Shown here: positions 36,870 through 47,327 of the stretch, piece by piece
Numbering within the stretch: position 1 is the stretch's first letter
Layout of the letters: each line of letters starts with the position of its first letter
Assembly (NCBI GenBank): GCA_038087875.1
Contig: JAXLNO010000594.1
Span: 1 to 58,289, forward strand
Direction of reading: 5' to 3'
Length of the DNA: 58,289 nt
Source of the DNA: Malacoraja senta
Lineage: Eukaryota
Translations under genes and position numbers: made by a program
The notes under the pieces: model-generated
What the model was told of the DNA's origin: nothing
What the model saw: the letters and a program-made list of their open reading frames with translations, nothing else
Database searches by the model: none

Positions 36870-37630
36870 ATTTTGCATTGATCCAAGTATGTTCCTGGAG
36901 GTTCCTTAATCTTTTATCTGGGGGAGGTGGGCAGGGGGAAGGGGGAAACCGTTTACCTGTCACTTCTTGGTCGGTATGCGTCAATTCTCCGAGCCGCATC
37001 TCACCCCCCTCCCCTCGCGGCATATCATCTGGATTGGCGCGGCCTTTCCTGCCGTAGACCGGCCAGAGCTTCATCGGCGGCACAACACTGAATTACCATC
37101 GCGGAGCGGGGCGATACCTTACTGGGGATCGCCGTGTGGAGCCCCGGAGAATTGGGCCTCCTGATTAACACCGTGGGGCTGTGGTTTCTAGCGGCGGGCG
37201 GCGCTGAGTCTGGGCTCGCTGAGTCTGGGCTCCTTGCCGGGGATCGCCAGCGTTGGATCTCCGCCCAGCTCGGCCTGTGGACGTCAGGTGCCGCTGTCTC
37301 CGGTAGGAAGTGGCCGATTTGGAAACTCCAAGCCACTGAAAGTGTTCTTCCGTTCCGACGCCGGTGCTCCGATCATCCCGGCGAGATGGCCCGAAACATC
37401 AGGCCGCCGTACCGGCGACTGCGGGGCCGACTACCGGTGAACAAAGAGGAAGGGGACTGAACTTTATTTCCTTCCCTCACTGTGGGAAACGTTGATTCTG
37501 CTGGTTGGGGATGTTCATGTTAAATTCTATCGTATATTGTGGTTTTTCTTTATTCTTATGGCTGTATGGCAATTCAAATCTCACTGTACCAATTGGTGCT
37601 TGTGACAATAAATGTCTCTTCAACTCTCTG
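36870..37630 (+). mobile_element. GC-rich non-autonomous retroelement
   Basis: Same layout and 3' end as 14512-15253 (GAACAAAGAGGAAG...CACTGTACCAATTGG...TGACAATAAA). Confidence 0.65.
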
Positions 37631-38125
37631 TAAACCGCAGCTTAAAGAATCTTATCAATTAGAGTAATAAAAGTGACAAGCGTGTAAACGTGCCCACACC
37701 GGTCAACATGTCACAGCTACACTAATCGATTTTTGGTCGTTTGACAACCAGTTCATCCGAGGGATAAATCTCGACTTCTATCTCGGCACCTAGTCGATGG
37801 TACTGTAAATGGCGTATTCCCTAAATTAGATAGTTCGAAGGCATCATACTCCGCTGACTAAGAGCTGGTAAATGGGATTTAGTTATTGGATACCATCGAC
37901 ATAATCCGTTGTTGGGCTTGCTTCTCTGCTCTGTGACCCTGTCACACACGACCCAGTCTTGCACAATTCTCCACATGTGGTATCACCGTCACTAGTTATG
38001 GCAGGGGTTCGCTACTTTTCCCTTGAATGGGTCGAGTTATAATGAGAAGTGCGGACATTATTCCTTCGAGTGCCGGAGGATGAGGGATGGTCTTATGATT
38101 ATGTATAAAATCATGAGGAAAATAT

Positions 38126-38370
38126 TCGGCTTGGGCAGTTTGCACCCTAGCGGCATAAACATTGACATGCAATTTCCGGTAGCCCTTGCTGTCTCCTCCC
38201 CCTCTCAGCTCTTCCTCAGCACTTGGGCTCCTCCTCTTCCTTTCTCCTTTCTTCTCCCCGCCTCCACCCTACATCAGTCTGAAGTAGGGGTTCGGCATGA
38301 AACGTTGCCTATTTCCTTCGCTCCATAGATGCTGCTGCACCCGCTGAGTTTCTCCAGCATTTTGTGTACC
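38126..38370 (+). mobile_element. Penelope 3'-end/pseudo-LTR insertion (copy A only)
   Basis: FGLGSLHPSGINID remnant, then CTGAAGT...GAAACGTT; empty site GAGGAAAATAGATAAG at ~45812. Confidence 0.75.
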
Positions 38371-39811
38371 ATAGATAAGGTAAATGCACTTTTACACAGG
38401 TAATCAAAACCATCTTAGATATCGATAACGTCTGTTTCACATGGACAATCTTAGAAGCCATCATACTACGAACTTTCCCGCTCTGATCATGAATGTCGAT
38501 TTTCTCAGATGATTAGCATTGGTAAGGCTAGGCAAATGTTTACTAGTGTGATATGTACCGAGGAATAGTGAAAAGCTTTGTTTTGCATCCCATCCACTCA
38601 GATCGGATAGATGTGCAGAGGAGCAAACATTTCAAACTCAGATACATCAAATAGCTCAAGGGGAATGTACAGAATACAAAATATTGTTCGTGATGTTATG
38701 CTCAATATTGCCTTGTATTTCTACGAATCCCAGAATTGTCCGTGTGTTTGGAAGGATGAACATCATTTGCTCAGCCCACATTGCATAATTCCGCCCTTCG
38801 TGGAACTGGCAGTTGGTGAATTCGAGCTGTAAAAACGCAAAGTCATTACTATGTGCAAAACGTATCATTTGACTGTGCCAAGGTCCACAGCTGGAACGAT
38901 GTATAATGCAGTACTGTTGTGAGCCATCCCGCTGGGTTCGTGGTGTTGTGAACAATTAAGATGGGAAGGGCATTAGGTTTTAGCCACGTTTATTATGCTC
39001 ACATGTATCAAGGTACATTCTAAAACTTGGTTGTGCCTGCTGTCCAAAGTGATCAGATATAACATATACAGATTCAATCAGTTCAAACACGAGGACACAG
39101 AGTGATGAGTCTTTGTATAAACACAGAGGGTGGTAACTGTGTGGTTGGTGGGTATATAGAACGAGCTGCCAAAGGAGATAGTTGGGGTGAAAACTATCAC
39201 AAAATGTAAAGACATTTGGACAGGTAGGTGAATAGGAAAGGTTGAAAATAATCAGGGCCATAGCCGGTGTGACTAGTGTTTATGGGGCACATTGGCCGGT
39301 TAGGGCCTGGTAACGGAGGGTAACAGGTTATTCGTATTTGTCCCGTGCTGCGCAGTTTCAGAACTGACCTCGGTCTCAATCATTTCATACCACATTACAT
39401 TATTCGTCATTTCCCTATTGTCCAAAACACATGTTCGCCCAGCCATATTTGTACTTGATAAATGAGCATCACTATTTTCTGGGTAGGAGGTACAGTGTAT
39501 TCAGATATGTTTGACAGGATAAATTCCATCTAATCTCAGTCACCCAATTCGTATTCTGAAACATGTATCCTGACTAAATTTTCCAGCAACTCTTTGTGTA
39601 TTTCGGTGAATATCCACCCTGTCAAGGCCTCTCAGAAGCCTACATTTATTGTGTCAATAAAATTACTTGCCGTTGTTCCAAACTGCACAGAGTAGACGAT
39701 CTGATAAGCTGTTGGTCCTTTGGCGGCCATTGTTTCCGAGGGATAAATCTCGACTTCAGTCTCTGCACCGAGCTGAAGACGCGTATCGTGCTCCTTGAAA
39801 GATATAACGTC

Positions 39812-40765
39812 AAAGCAGAACAGTCTGTTTCCAAGGGGAAAGGGGTAACTACAGAGAGAGTGGGGCCTCTCATGGATCAAAGCGGTCACCTCTGTGTGGA
39901 GCCACAGGAGATGGACAAGATCCTCAATAAGTATCTCTCCTCTGTATTTATCGAGGATAAAAACAGTCGGACGGAGGATCTTGGGGGCAGTCAATGTAAG
40001 TGTCTTGAGAGCAGTCAGTGTTACCGTCGAAGAAGTATTGAAGGTACTATCGTGTATCAAGGTAGACAAATCTCCAGGGCTTGGGACATATCCGAGGACA
40101 TTGTAGAAAACTAGAGTGGGAATTGCGGGAGCCCTCGTTGAAATTTACGTGGTCAAGATGCGGAAGTAGGCCATTCGGCCCTTCGAGCCAGCACCGCCAT
40201 TCACTGTGATCATGGCTGATCATCCACAATCAGTGCCCCGTTGCTGCCTTCTCCCTATATCCCTTGAATCTGCTATCATTAAGAGATCTATCTAACTCTT
40301 TCTTGAAAACACCCAGAGAATAGGCCCCCACTGCCTTCCGAGGCAGAGAATTCCACAGATTCACAACTCTCTGGGTGAGAAAGTGTTTCGTCATCTCCGT
40401 TCTAAATGGCTTACCCCTTATTCTTAAACTGTGGCCCCTGGTTCTAGACTCCTCCAACATCGGGAACATGTTTCCTGCCTCTAGCGTGTCCAATCCCTTA
40501 ATAATCGTATACGTTTCAATAGGATCCCCTCTCGTCCTTCTAAATTCCAGTGTATACAAGCCCAGTCGCTCCAATCTTTCGACATACGACAATCCCGCCA
40601 TCCCGGGAATTAAGCGTGTAAACCATAGGAAGAATGTCCTTCCTCATATTAGGAGACCAAAACTGCACACAATACTCCAGATGTGGTCTCCCCAGGGCCC
40701 TGTCCAACTGTAGAAGGACCTCTTTGCTCCTATACTCAACTCCTGTTGTTATTAAGGCCAACATT
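39812..40765. mobile_element. Two abutting CR1 fragments in opposite orientation (duplicated at ~47958-48916)
   Basis: Plus strand ERVGPLMDQSGHLCVEPQEMDKILNKYLSSVF (ORF2 middle); minus-strand ORFs 40230 and 40540 (RT C-terminus). Confidence 0.85.
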
Positions 40766-40771
40766 ATCTTT

Positions 40772-41000
40772 TGTGACAATATCCATGTAATTTATGCATA
40801 TGAGCTGTACTCATTTTCGCACATGCTCAGACTTGCGCATAAAATTATGTACATCAGTCAGTGACCTTTAACTTGGAAATAAATCATTCTTGCTTTTGAT
40901 TCCTTCACGAGTGTGTGTGGAGCCATCTTTCTCCGTCTAATATGTGCTAGTTTTACCTTCATCGTAAGCAGACACATATCGAAACATTGTGGCAGCGGTG
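40772..41000 (+). mobile_element. Gypsy 5' LTR (40772-40986) plus tRNA-Leu-type primer binding site
   Basis: TGTGAC...AATAAA...AAACA followed by TTGTGGCAGCGGTG. Copy B: LTR 48917-49130, then TGGTGGCATCGGTG. The consensus TGGTGGCAGCGGTG is complementary to the vertebrate tRNA-Leu 3' end CACCGCTGCCACCA. Confidence 0.75.
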
Positions 41001-41349
41001 AAAGTGAAGATTTGTGGATAAAATGGATGCTATGATGATTAGCAAAAATGCTTTGAAAAGCTTTCAGGGATCAGTGTTTCAATGCTCAGCGACCGACTAG
41101 CTGCATGCATGAATGGAATGATATGCAGGCCAGTGAGCACACAAAGATAAGACGCAGTGTGTAAATCAGTGCTGTGGGAGTGCTTAAACATAGCACACGC
41201 TGCATGGAAACAGATAAAATAGTTCTGTTTCAATATATTTTCGATAGTAGTAGAAGATATTAGAGAATATTACGCAAATTGCGCAGTCGCGCGTTGCGCT
41301 TAAAGCTAAACGATACGTAAGCCATTAAGAGCGACGGGATACACAGATA

Positions 41350-42144
41350 TTGAATTGAATTGAATTGAATTGAATTTCCTTTATTGTCATTCAAACAATA
41401 GTTTGAACGAAATTGCGTACCTTGCAGTCATGACAGAAAAAAAGCAACAAAACACACAATTAACACCATTTAACACAAGCATCCATCATCGTGAATCTCC
41501 AGGCACCTCCTCACAGTGAAGGAAGGCAAAAAGTCTTATCTCTTCCTTGATCGTTCTCCCGCTGCGTCGAGGCGATCGACGTTCTCGATGTTGAAGCCCC
41601 CGCCGGGTGATGGGTAAATCCCGCGGCCGATTCCAAGCTCCCCGAACGGGCCGACTCAAACTCCGCGACCCGGGTCGGACGAAGCCGCCACCCTCCAGTC
41701 CAGCTGTTGCGGGAGCTCCTGAAAACCAGTCACCAAGCAGGGACCTGCGAGCTCCCGATGTTACCGTCCACAGGGCCCGCGGCCGAAGCCCGCGAAGCCC
41801 CGAAGTCGGGTCGCAGCCACAGCTCCACCACAGCCTCCGACGTCAGCCAGCTCCGCGATGGGAAGTCCACAGGCTCTGCCACCGGAGTCCCCAAAGTCGA
41901 TTCCAGTTTGAGGCCGCCAGCTCCCCGATATTAGGCCTCAGCGCAGGCGCAGACGGAGATATGACAAAGAAAAGGTCGCATCCCCGTTGAAGGAAGAGAT
42001 AAAAAAAATCTTTCCCCCACTCCCCACATATACACAACTAAAAATAAACTAAAATATAGTCTAATAAGACAAAAGAAAAGAAAACAAGGCAAAGAGAGGG
42101 ACTGCAGGCGAGCCGCAGCTGCTTGGCAGCGCCGCCACTTCCGG
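41350..42144 (-). mobile_element. GC-rich non-autonomous retroelement (copy B 49498-50290)
   Basis: 5' CCGGAAGTGGCGGCGCTG; 3' TGACAATAAA + (AATTC)n; inserted in the Gypsy leader. Confidence 0.75.
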
Positions 42145-42149
42145 ATGGA

Positions 42150-42250
42150 AGGCCAGTCCATCTTTCCACGTGGCTCCACCACCCAATCTAAAGCTCAAAG
42201 AGAAGCGGGTGGAAGAGTGGAAAATGTTTAAACAAATGTACGAAAATTAT
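42150..42250 (+). pseudogene. Gypsy gag N-terminal remnant (copy B ~50290-50390)
   Basis: Translates FHVAPPPNLKLKEKRVEEWKMFKQMYENY, resembling the PP...W..F...Y start of Mag-type gag; lies downstream of the LTR and PBS. Confidence 0.55.
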
Positions 42251-42254
42251 CATT

Positions 42255-42566
42255 ACATGACTACTGCCCCATAGAGTATCTCCCTATCAGTACTACAACA
42301 CGGTGTGTTATTACATCAGTACTACTCCACACTGTCACTCCGTCAGTACAACCCCACAGTGTGTCATTCCATCAGAACTACCCCACAGCGTGACACTTCA
42401 TCAGTAGTATTACACAGTGTCATTTCATCAGTACTACTGCACAGTGTGTCACGCCATCAGTACTACTGCACAGTGAGTCTCTCCATCACTACGTCCACAC
42501 CGTGTTTAACGCCATCAGTACTGCCCCATCGTGTGTCACTCCATCAGTACTATCCCACAGTGTATC
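42255..42566 (+). repeat. 30-bp minisatellite block inside the Gypsy chimera (copy B ~50395-50705)
   Basis: About 10 degenerate CACAGTG...CATCAGTACTAC units. Confidence 0.9.
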
Positions 42567-44783
42567 AAATTGTGAAAGAGTGAAGCACATGTCAAGTAGT
42601 TGGAAAGAATCCACCAACAGTACCGCTACAGCCATGGAAATGGCCGGCTAGAGTGTGGCAAAGATTACTCGTGGACTTTGCAGAGTTAGATGGACAACAA
42701 TTGTTCACTGTGATTGATAGTCACTCCAAGTGGGTTGAGGTTTATCCGATGAACAAAACGACATCCAGTAAAACAATAGACATTTTGCGAGGATTGTTTG
42801 CGTCCTATGGATTTCCAGAGGAAATTGTGTCTGATAACGGACCTCAATTCTGTTCATAAGAGTTTGCACAATTCACGAAATGGAATCGTGTAAAACACGC
42901 TAGAGTCATTCCATACCATTCCGCTTCAAATGGAGCAGCAGAACGCACAGTGCAAATTGTAAAACGTAATTTAGTCAAACAACTGCTGGATCCAAATCCA
43001 AAGAAAAAACAATTGTCTCTGTCTCACAAACTGGCTAACTTTCTGAATACATATCGAAACACACCTCACAACACTACTGGTCAAACGCCAGCTGAACTGT
43101 TCTTGAGGAGAAAACCAAGAACAAGGTTTTCACTTCTGAAACCAAACTTGGCTCTAACAGTAGAAAAGAAACAGGAAAAAGGCATATCATGACAGAAGTA
43201 GATAAAGGAAAGGAGTGTTGAGTGGAATCAGAAGTTAAAGGTGAAAAACATCATCACAAGTGGGTACTACTAGGACATCCGGTGGCGCCCTAGGACATCC
43301 GGTCGCGCTGTTACTAGCTGCCTCCGCCCAGAGTCTGGTTGTCTTTGTTATTTTGTTATGATTAGAGTGTGTTTTTGTAGGTTTTTTCAGTACTTTATGT
43401 GGGGGGAAGCGGGTAGGGTAAGGGGGGAACCGTCCTTCAGTCGCTTCCTGGCGAGGATGCGGCTATTATCCGAGTCGCGACCTCGCCACCCCCCCCCCCC
43501 CACCTCCCCTTGCGGCCTACCAACTGGGACCGGACCAGAGCTTCAGCAGCTGCGGCGTTGCGCTCGATACATCGCGGAGCGGGCGAGGCCTTACCTGGGA
43601 TCGCCGCTTGGAGCTCCGGAGTGTTGGGCCGCTGCTCCAGCATCGCGGAGCTGTCCTAACGCGGGCGGAGCTGACTTTAACATCGCAAAGTCCTGGGACC
43701 CTTTGCCGGGTGTCGCCAGCGTGAATCTCCGCCCAGCGCGGCCTGTGCACATCGGGAGCCGCGGACTCCGGTGGAAGGTGGATGGCGGCCGATTCAGAGG
43801 TCCAGGCCGCTGAGGATGTTCTCCCGTTCGACGTCGGGGTTCAATCGTTCCCGGCGAGAGGGCCTGAACATCGGGCCGCCGGTGGCGGCGACTACGGGGT
43901 GCTCGGGAGGCCCCGACCACAGGTGAACATTGGGCAACATCAGCGAGGAGGTTGACTGGACATCGGTTCCTTCCCTCACAGTGGGGAACTTTGGTGTCGC
44001 TGTGGGGATGTTTGTGCTGTGGACTACCGTGTTCGGTGTTTTTGTGTTTTAATAACATTTTATTTTTTGTATTACTGTGTGCGAAAGAGAATTTCGTTGT
44101 CTCTTAATTGAAGACAATGACAATTAATTAAATCAAATCAAATCTAAAGTGGTTACTTGGAAGAGTAGTGGGAAAGTGCAGACCACGGACATACTTGGTC
44201 AAGATGTTTGGAAGTGGGAAGGTGAGAAAAGTACACATTGACCATGTCATGCCTATGCAAGCACAGACAGGTTTGTAACCAGATCAATTAGATGAGTCAG
44301 ATAATTTGGTTACCACTCAAGTACAGGTACCAACGGATGAACCAGAAATGTTACATGAAGGTACACAAGATAGTGAGAGTTTGAACTAGCCTGAAAATGG
44401 AGGTTCAAGTGTGGTTCACAGTCTACAAAATTGACTGATGGACTGGAATCTATGAATGTAGGTTACAAGGAAGTCTTGACTCGATCCAAAATGAGTCCAA
44501 GAGGTTCTAAACAGTCAGAAACATTTGGTCAGAGACGATATCCAGACACAAGGAGAAATCCGTCGGTTAGGTTTAATTTGTGAAGTTTAATTTGGGAAAT
44601 GTACAGATCATTGCATATGCAACATATATGCCTGATCCCCTCATTTTATTCAGGTTATATAAAAGTAAACCAATATAAAAGATTGTAATATATTCATACC
44701 GTTTTTATTATATTCACAAATATCAACAATGTTATATTTTAAAATGTCAACAAGGCGATAACGTTTTCATTAAGTTGGGAGGA
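42567..44783 (+). mobile_element. Gypsy integrase region and 3' UTR, copy A (stop at 42857, insertion 43272-44146)
   Basis: IVKE*STCQ, PWKWPARVWQRLLVDFA, IVSDNGPQF, SNGAAERTVQ, YRNTPH, then KWLLGRVVGKCRPRTYLV...VHIDH after the insertion; PPT-like AAGTTGGGAGGAG at 44772. Confidence 0.88.
43272..44146 (+). mobile_element. GC-rich non-autonomous retroelement (copy B ~51968-52856)
   Basis: 5' CATCCGGTGGCGCC; 3' TGACAATTAA + (AAATC)n; approximate TSD AAGTGGGTACT / AAGTGGTTACT in the integrase. Confidence 0.75.
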
Positions 44784-44911
44784 GTTATAATAGCGCCACC
44801 TTTAGTTGGAGCATTGTATATGATTGAATAAACCACGGTGCAGCTGTGCAGTCATGTTCCGGTCACCAGTGAGTTAACTTGTTAATCTGTGTTTGAGCTC
44901 AAGATATCACA
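44784..44911 (+). mobile_element. Short Gypsy 3' LTR (~128 bp)
   Basis: Starts right after the PPT (GTTATAA...), contains AATAAA, ends ATATCACA. Confidence 0.6.
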
Positions 44912-45543
44912 GATGGGAGTCAGGGGGTTTGTAGTAGATATTGGTCAGTAGTCGGTTACCTGCGATGGAGATAGTGAGGTCAAGAAACGGTGGGGAGATA
45001 TTGGGAATGGTCCAGGTGAATTTGAGTGCCGGATGGAAGTTACTGGTGAAATTGATGAAGTCAGTGAGTTCTGCATGGGTGCAGGAGGCAGCACCGTTGC
45101 AGTCGTCGATGTAGCGGAGGTAGAGTTCGGGGATTGGGCCACGGTATCGCCTCGAACAAGGAGATGGTCCCAGGCGCGAGCCAATAGCTACGCCTTGGGT
45201 TTGGAGGAAATGGGAGGAATCAAAGTAAAGGTTGTTGAGGGTAAGGACCAGCTCCGCTAGGCGGAGGATTATCAGTAGACGTGGATTTGTTGGTTCTGTG
45301 GTCGAGGAAGAAACGGAGGTCTTTAAGACCCCCCTGGTCGGGGATGGAGGTGTAGAGTGACTGGACATCCACGGTGAAGATGAGGGAATGGGGGCCTGGA
45401 AAACGGAAGCCATGAAGGGGACGAAGAGCGTGTGAGGTGTCTGGGACATAGGTAGGGAGGGATTTGATCAGGGGAATAGGATGGAGTCGATGTATATGGA
45501 AATAAGTTTGGTGGTACAAGGGTCGAGGTATGTGGGACAACGA
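44912..45543 (-). mobile_element. Penelope-like element RT fragment
   Basis: ORFs 45220 (DVQSLYTSIP) and 44907 (LNNLYFDSSHFLQTQGVAIGS, YLRYIDD, FHPALKFT, FLDL, YYKP). Confidence 0.88.
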
Positions 45544-46098
45544 TAAATTAGATAGTTCGAAGGCATCATACTCTGCTGATCAAGAGCTAGTAAATGGGAT
45601 TTAGTAATTGGATACTATCGACATAGACCGTTGTTGGGCCTGCTCCTCTGCTATGTGACTCTGTGACACACGACCCAGTCTTGCACAATTCTCCACATGT
45701 GGTATCACCGTCACTGGTTATGGCAGGGGTTCGCTACTTTTCCCTTGAATGGGTCGAGTTATAATGAGTGCGGGAGGATGAGGGATGGTCTTATGATAAT
45801 GTATAATATCTCGAGGAAAATAGATAAGGCAAATGCATTTTTATCCAGGTAGAGGAATCAAAAACCATCTTAGATATCGATATCGTCTGTTTCACATGGA
45901 CAATCTTAGTCGCCATCATTCTACGAACATTCCCGCTCTGATCATAAATATCACTTTTCTCAGATGATTAGCATTGGTAAGGTTAGGCAAAGGTTTACTA
46001 ATGTGATATGTACCGAGGAATAGTGAAAAGCTTTGTTTTGCTTCCGATCCACTCAGATCGGATAGATCGTGCATAGGTACAAGCAGTTCAAACTCAGA

Positions 46099-46186
46099 GG
46101 TAGACAAAAGTGCTGGAGAAACTCAGCGGGTGCAGCAGCATCTATGGCGCGAAGGAAATAGGCAGCGTTTCGGGCCGAAACCCTTC
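46099..46186 (-). mobile_element. ~88-bp Penelope pseudo-LTR insertion with 12-bp TSD
   Basis: Flanked by TTCAAACTCAGA (46087-46098 and 46187-46198); single copy at the empty site ~38631. Confidence 0.8.
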
Positions 46187-47004
46187 TTCAAACTCAGATA
46201 CATCAGATAGACCAAGGGGAATGTACCGAATACAGAATATTGTTCGTGATGTTATGATCAATATTGCCTTTTATTTCTACGAATCCCAGAATTGTCCTTG
46301 TGTTTGTAAGGATGAACATCATTTGCTCAGCCCACATTGCTTAATTCAGACCGTCGTGGAACTGGTCATGTGCAGTTGGTGAATTCGAGTTCTGTAAAAA
46401 CGCAAAGTTAGTACAATGTGCAAAACGTATCATTTGACTGTGCTGAGGTCCACAGCTGGAACGATGTATGATGCGTTGCTTCTGTGAGCCATGAGACATC
46501 CCGCTGGGTTCGTGGTGTAGTGAACAATTAAGATGCGAAGGGCATTAGGTTTTAGCCACGTTTATTATTATCACATGTATCAAGGTACTGTCTAAAACTT
46601 GGTTGTGCCTGCTGTCCAAACTGATCAGATATAACATACAGATTCAATCAGTTCAAACACGGGGAGACAGAGTGGTGAGTCTTTGTATAAACACAGCGGT
46701 GGTCAGTGTGTGAATTCGCACAGGGGTTCGTGGGTATATGGAACGAGTTGCCAGAGGAGATAGTTGCGGTGAAAACTATCGCAACATTTAAAGACATTTG
46801 GACAAGTAGGTGTATAGGAAAGGTTGACAATGATCAGGGACAAACATAGCAGGTGGGACTTGTGTAGATGGGGCACTTTGGTCGGTTAGGGCAAGCTGGG
46901 CCGATGGTCTATGACTATGTAAATAGATGAAGCAAAGTGGACGATACAGAGTGCAGAACACAGTTTTCACCATTGTATCGCAACATTGTTCATCAGTTTG
47001 TCAG

Positions 47005-47327
47005 ACAACGCCCAATGGGTTAGAGGCTGTTGTGACACAACGCCCAATGCCACAATGGGTTAGAGGCTGTTGTGAGACAACGCCCAATGCCACAATTGGT
47101 TAGAGGCTGTTGCGAGACAACGTCCAATGCCACAATGGGTTAGAGGCTGTTGTGAGACAACGCCCAATGCCACAATTGGTTAGAGGCTGTTGCGAGACAA
47201 CGTCCAATGCCACAATGGGTTTGAGGCTGTTGTAAGACAACGCCCAATGCCACAATGGGTTAGAGGCTGTTGTGAGACAACGCCCAATGCCACAATGGGT
47301 TAGAGGCTGTTGTGAGACAAAGCCCAA
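47005..47327. repeat. 40-bp tandem repeat TAGAGGCTGTTGTGAGACAACGCCCAATGCCACAATGGGT (~8 units)
   Basis: Directly visible head-to-tail units with few variants and no spacers. Confidence 0.95.

Larger units (their letters stand above)
37822..44201 (+). repeat. Recent tandem segmental duplication, copy A
   Basis: Colinear with 45544-52910 from TAAATTAGATAGTTCGAAGGC to ACATACTTGGTCA; paired ORFs 39596/47719, 40230/48370, 42305/50444, 42653/50792, 43358/52095. Confidence 0.92.

Noticed and set aside
41607..44058. Arg/Pro/Gly-rich overlapping ORFs in GC-rich elements as genes
   Set aside because: Open on both strands owing to GC content; frames are not preserved between copies A and B.
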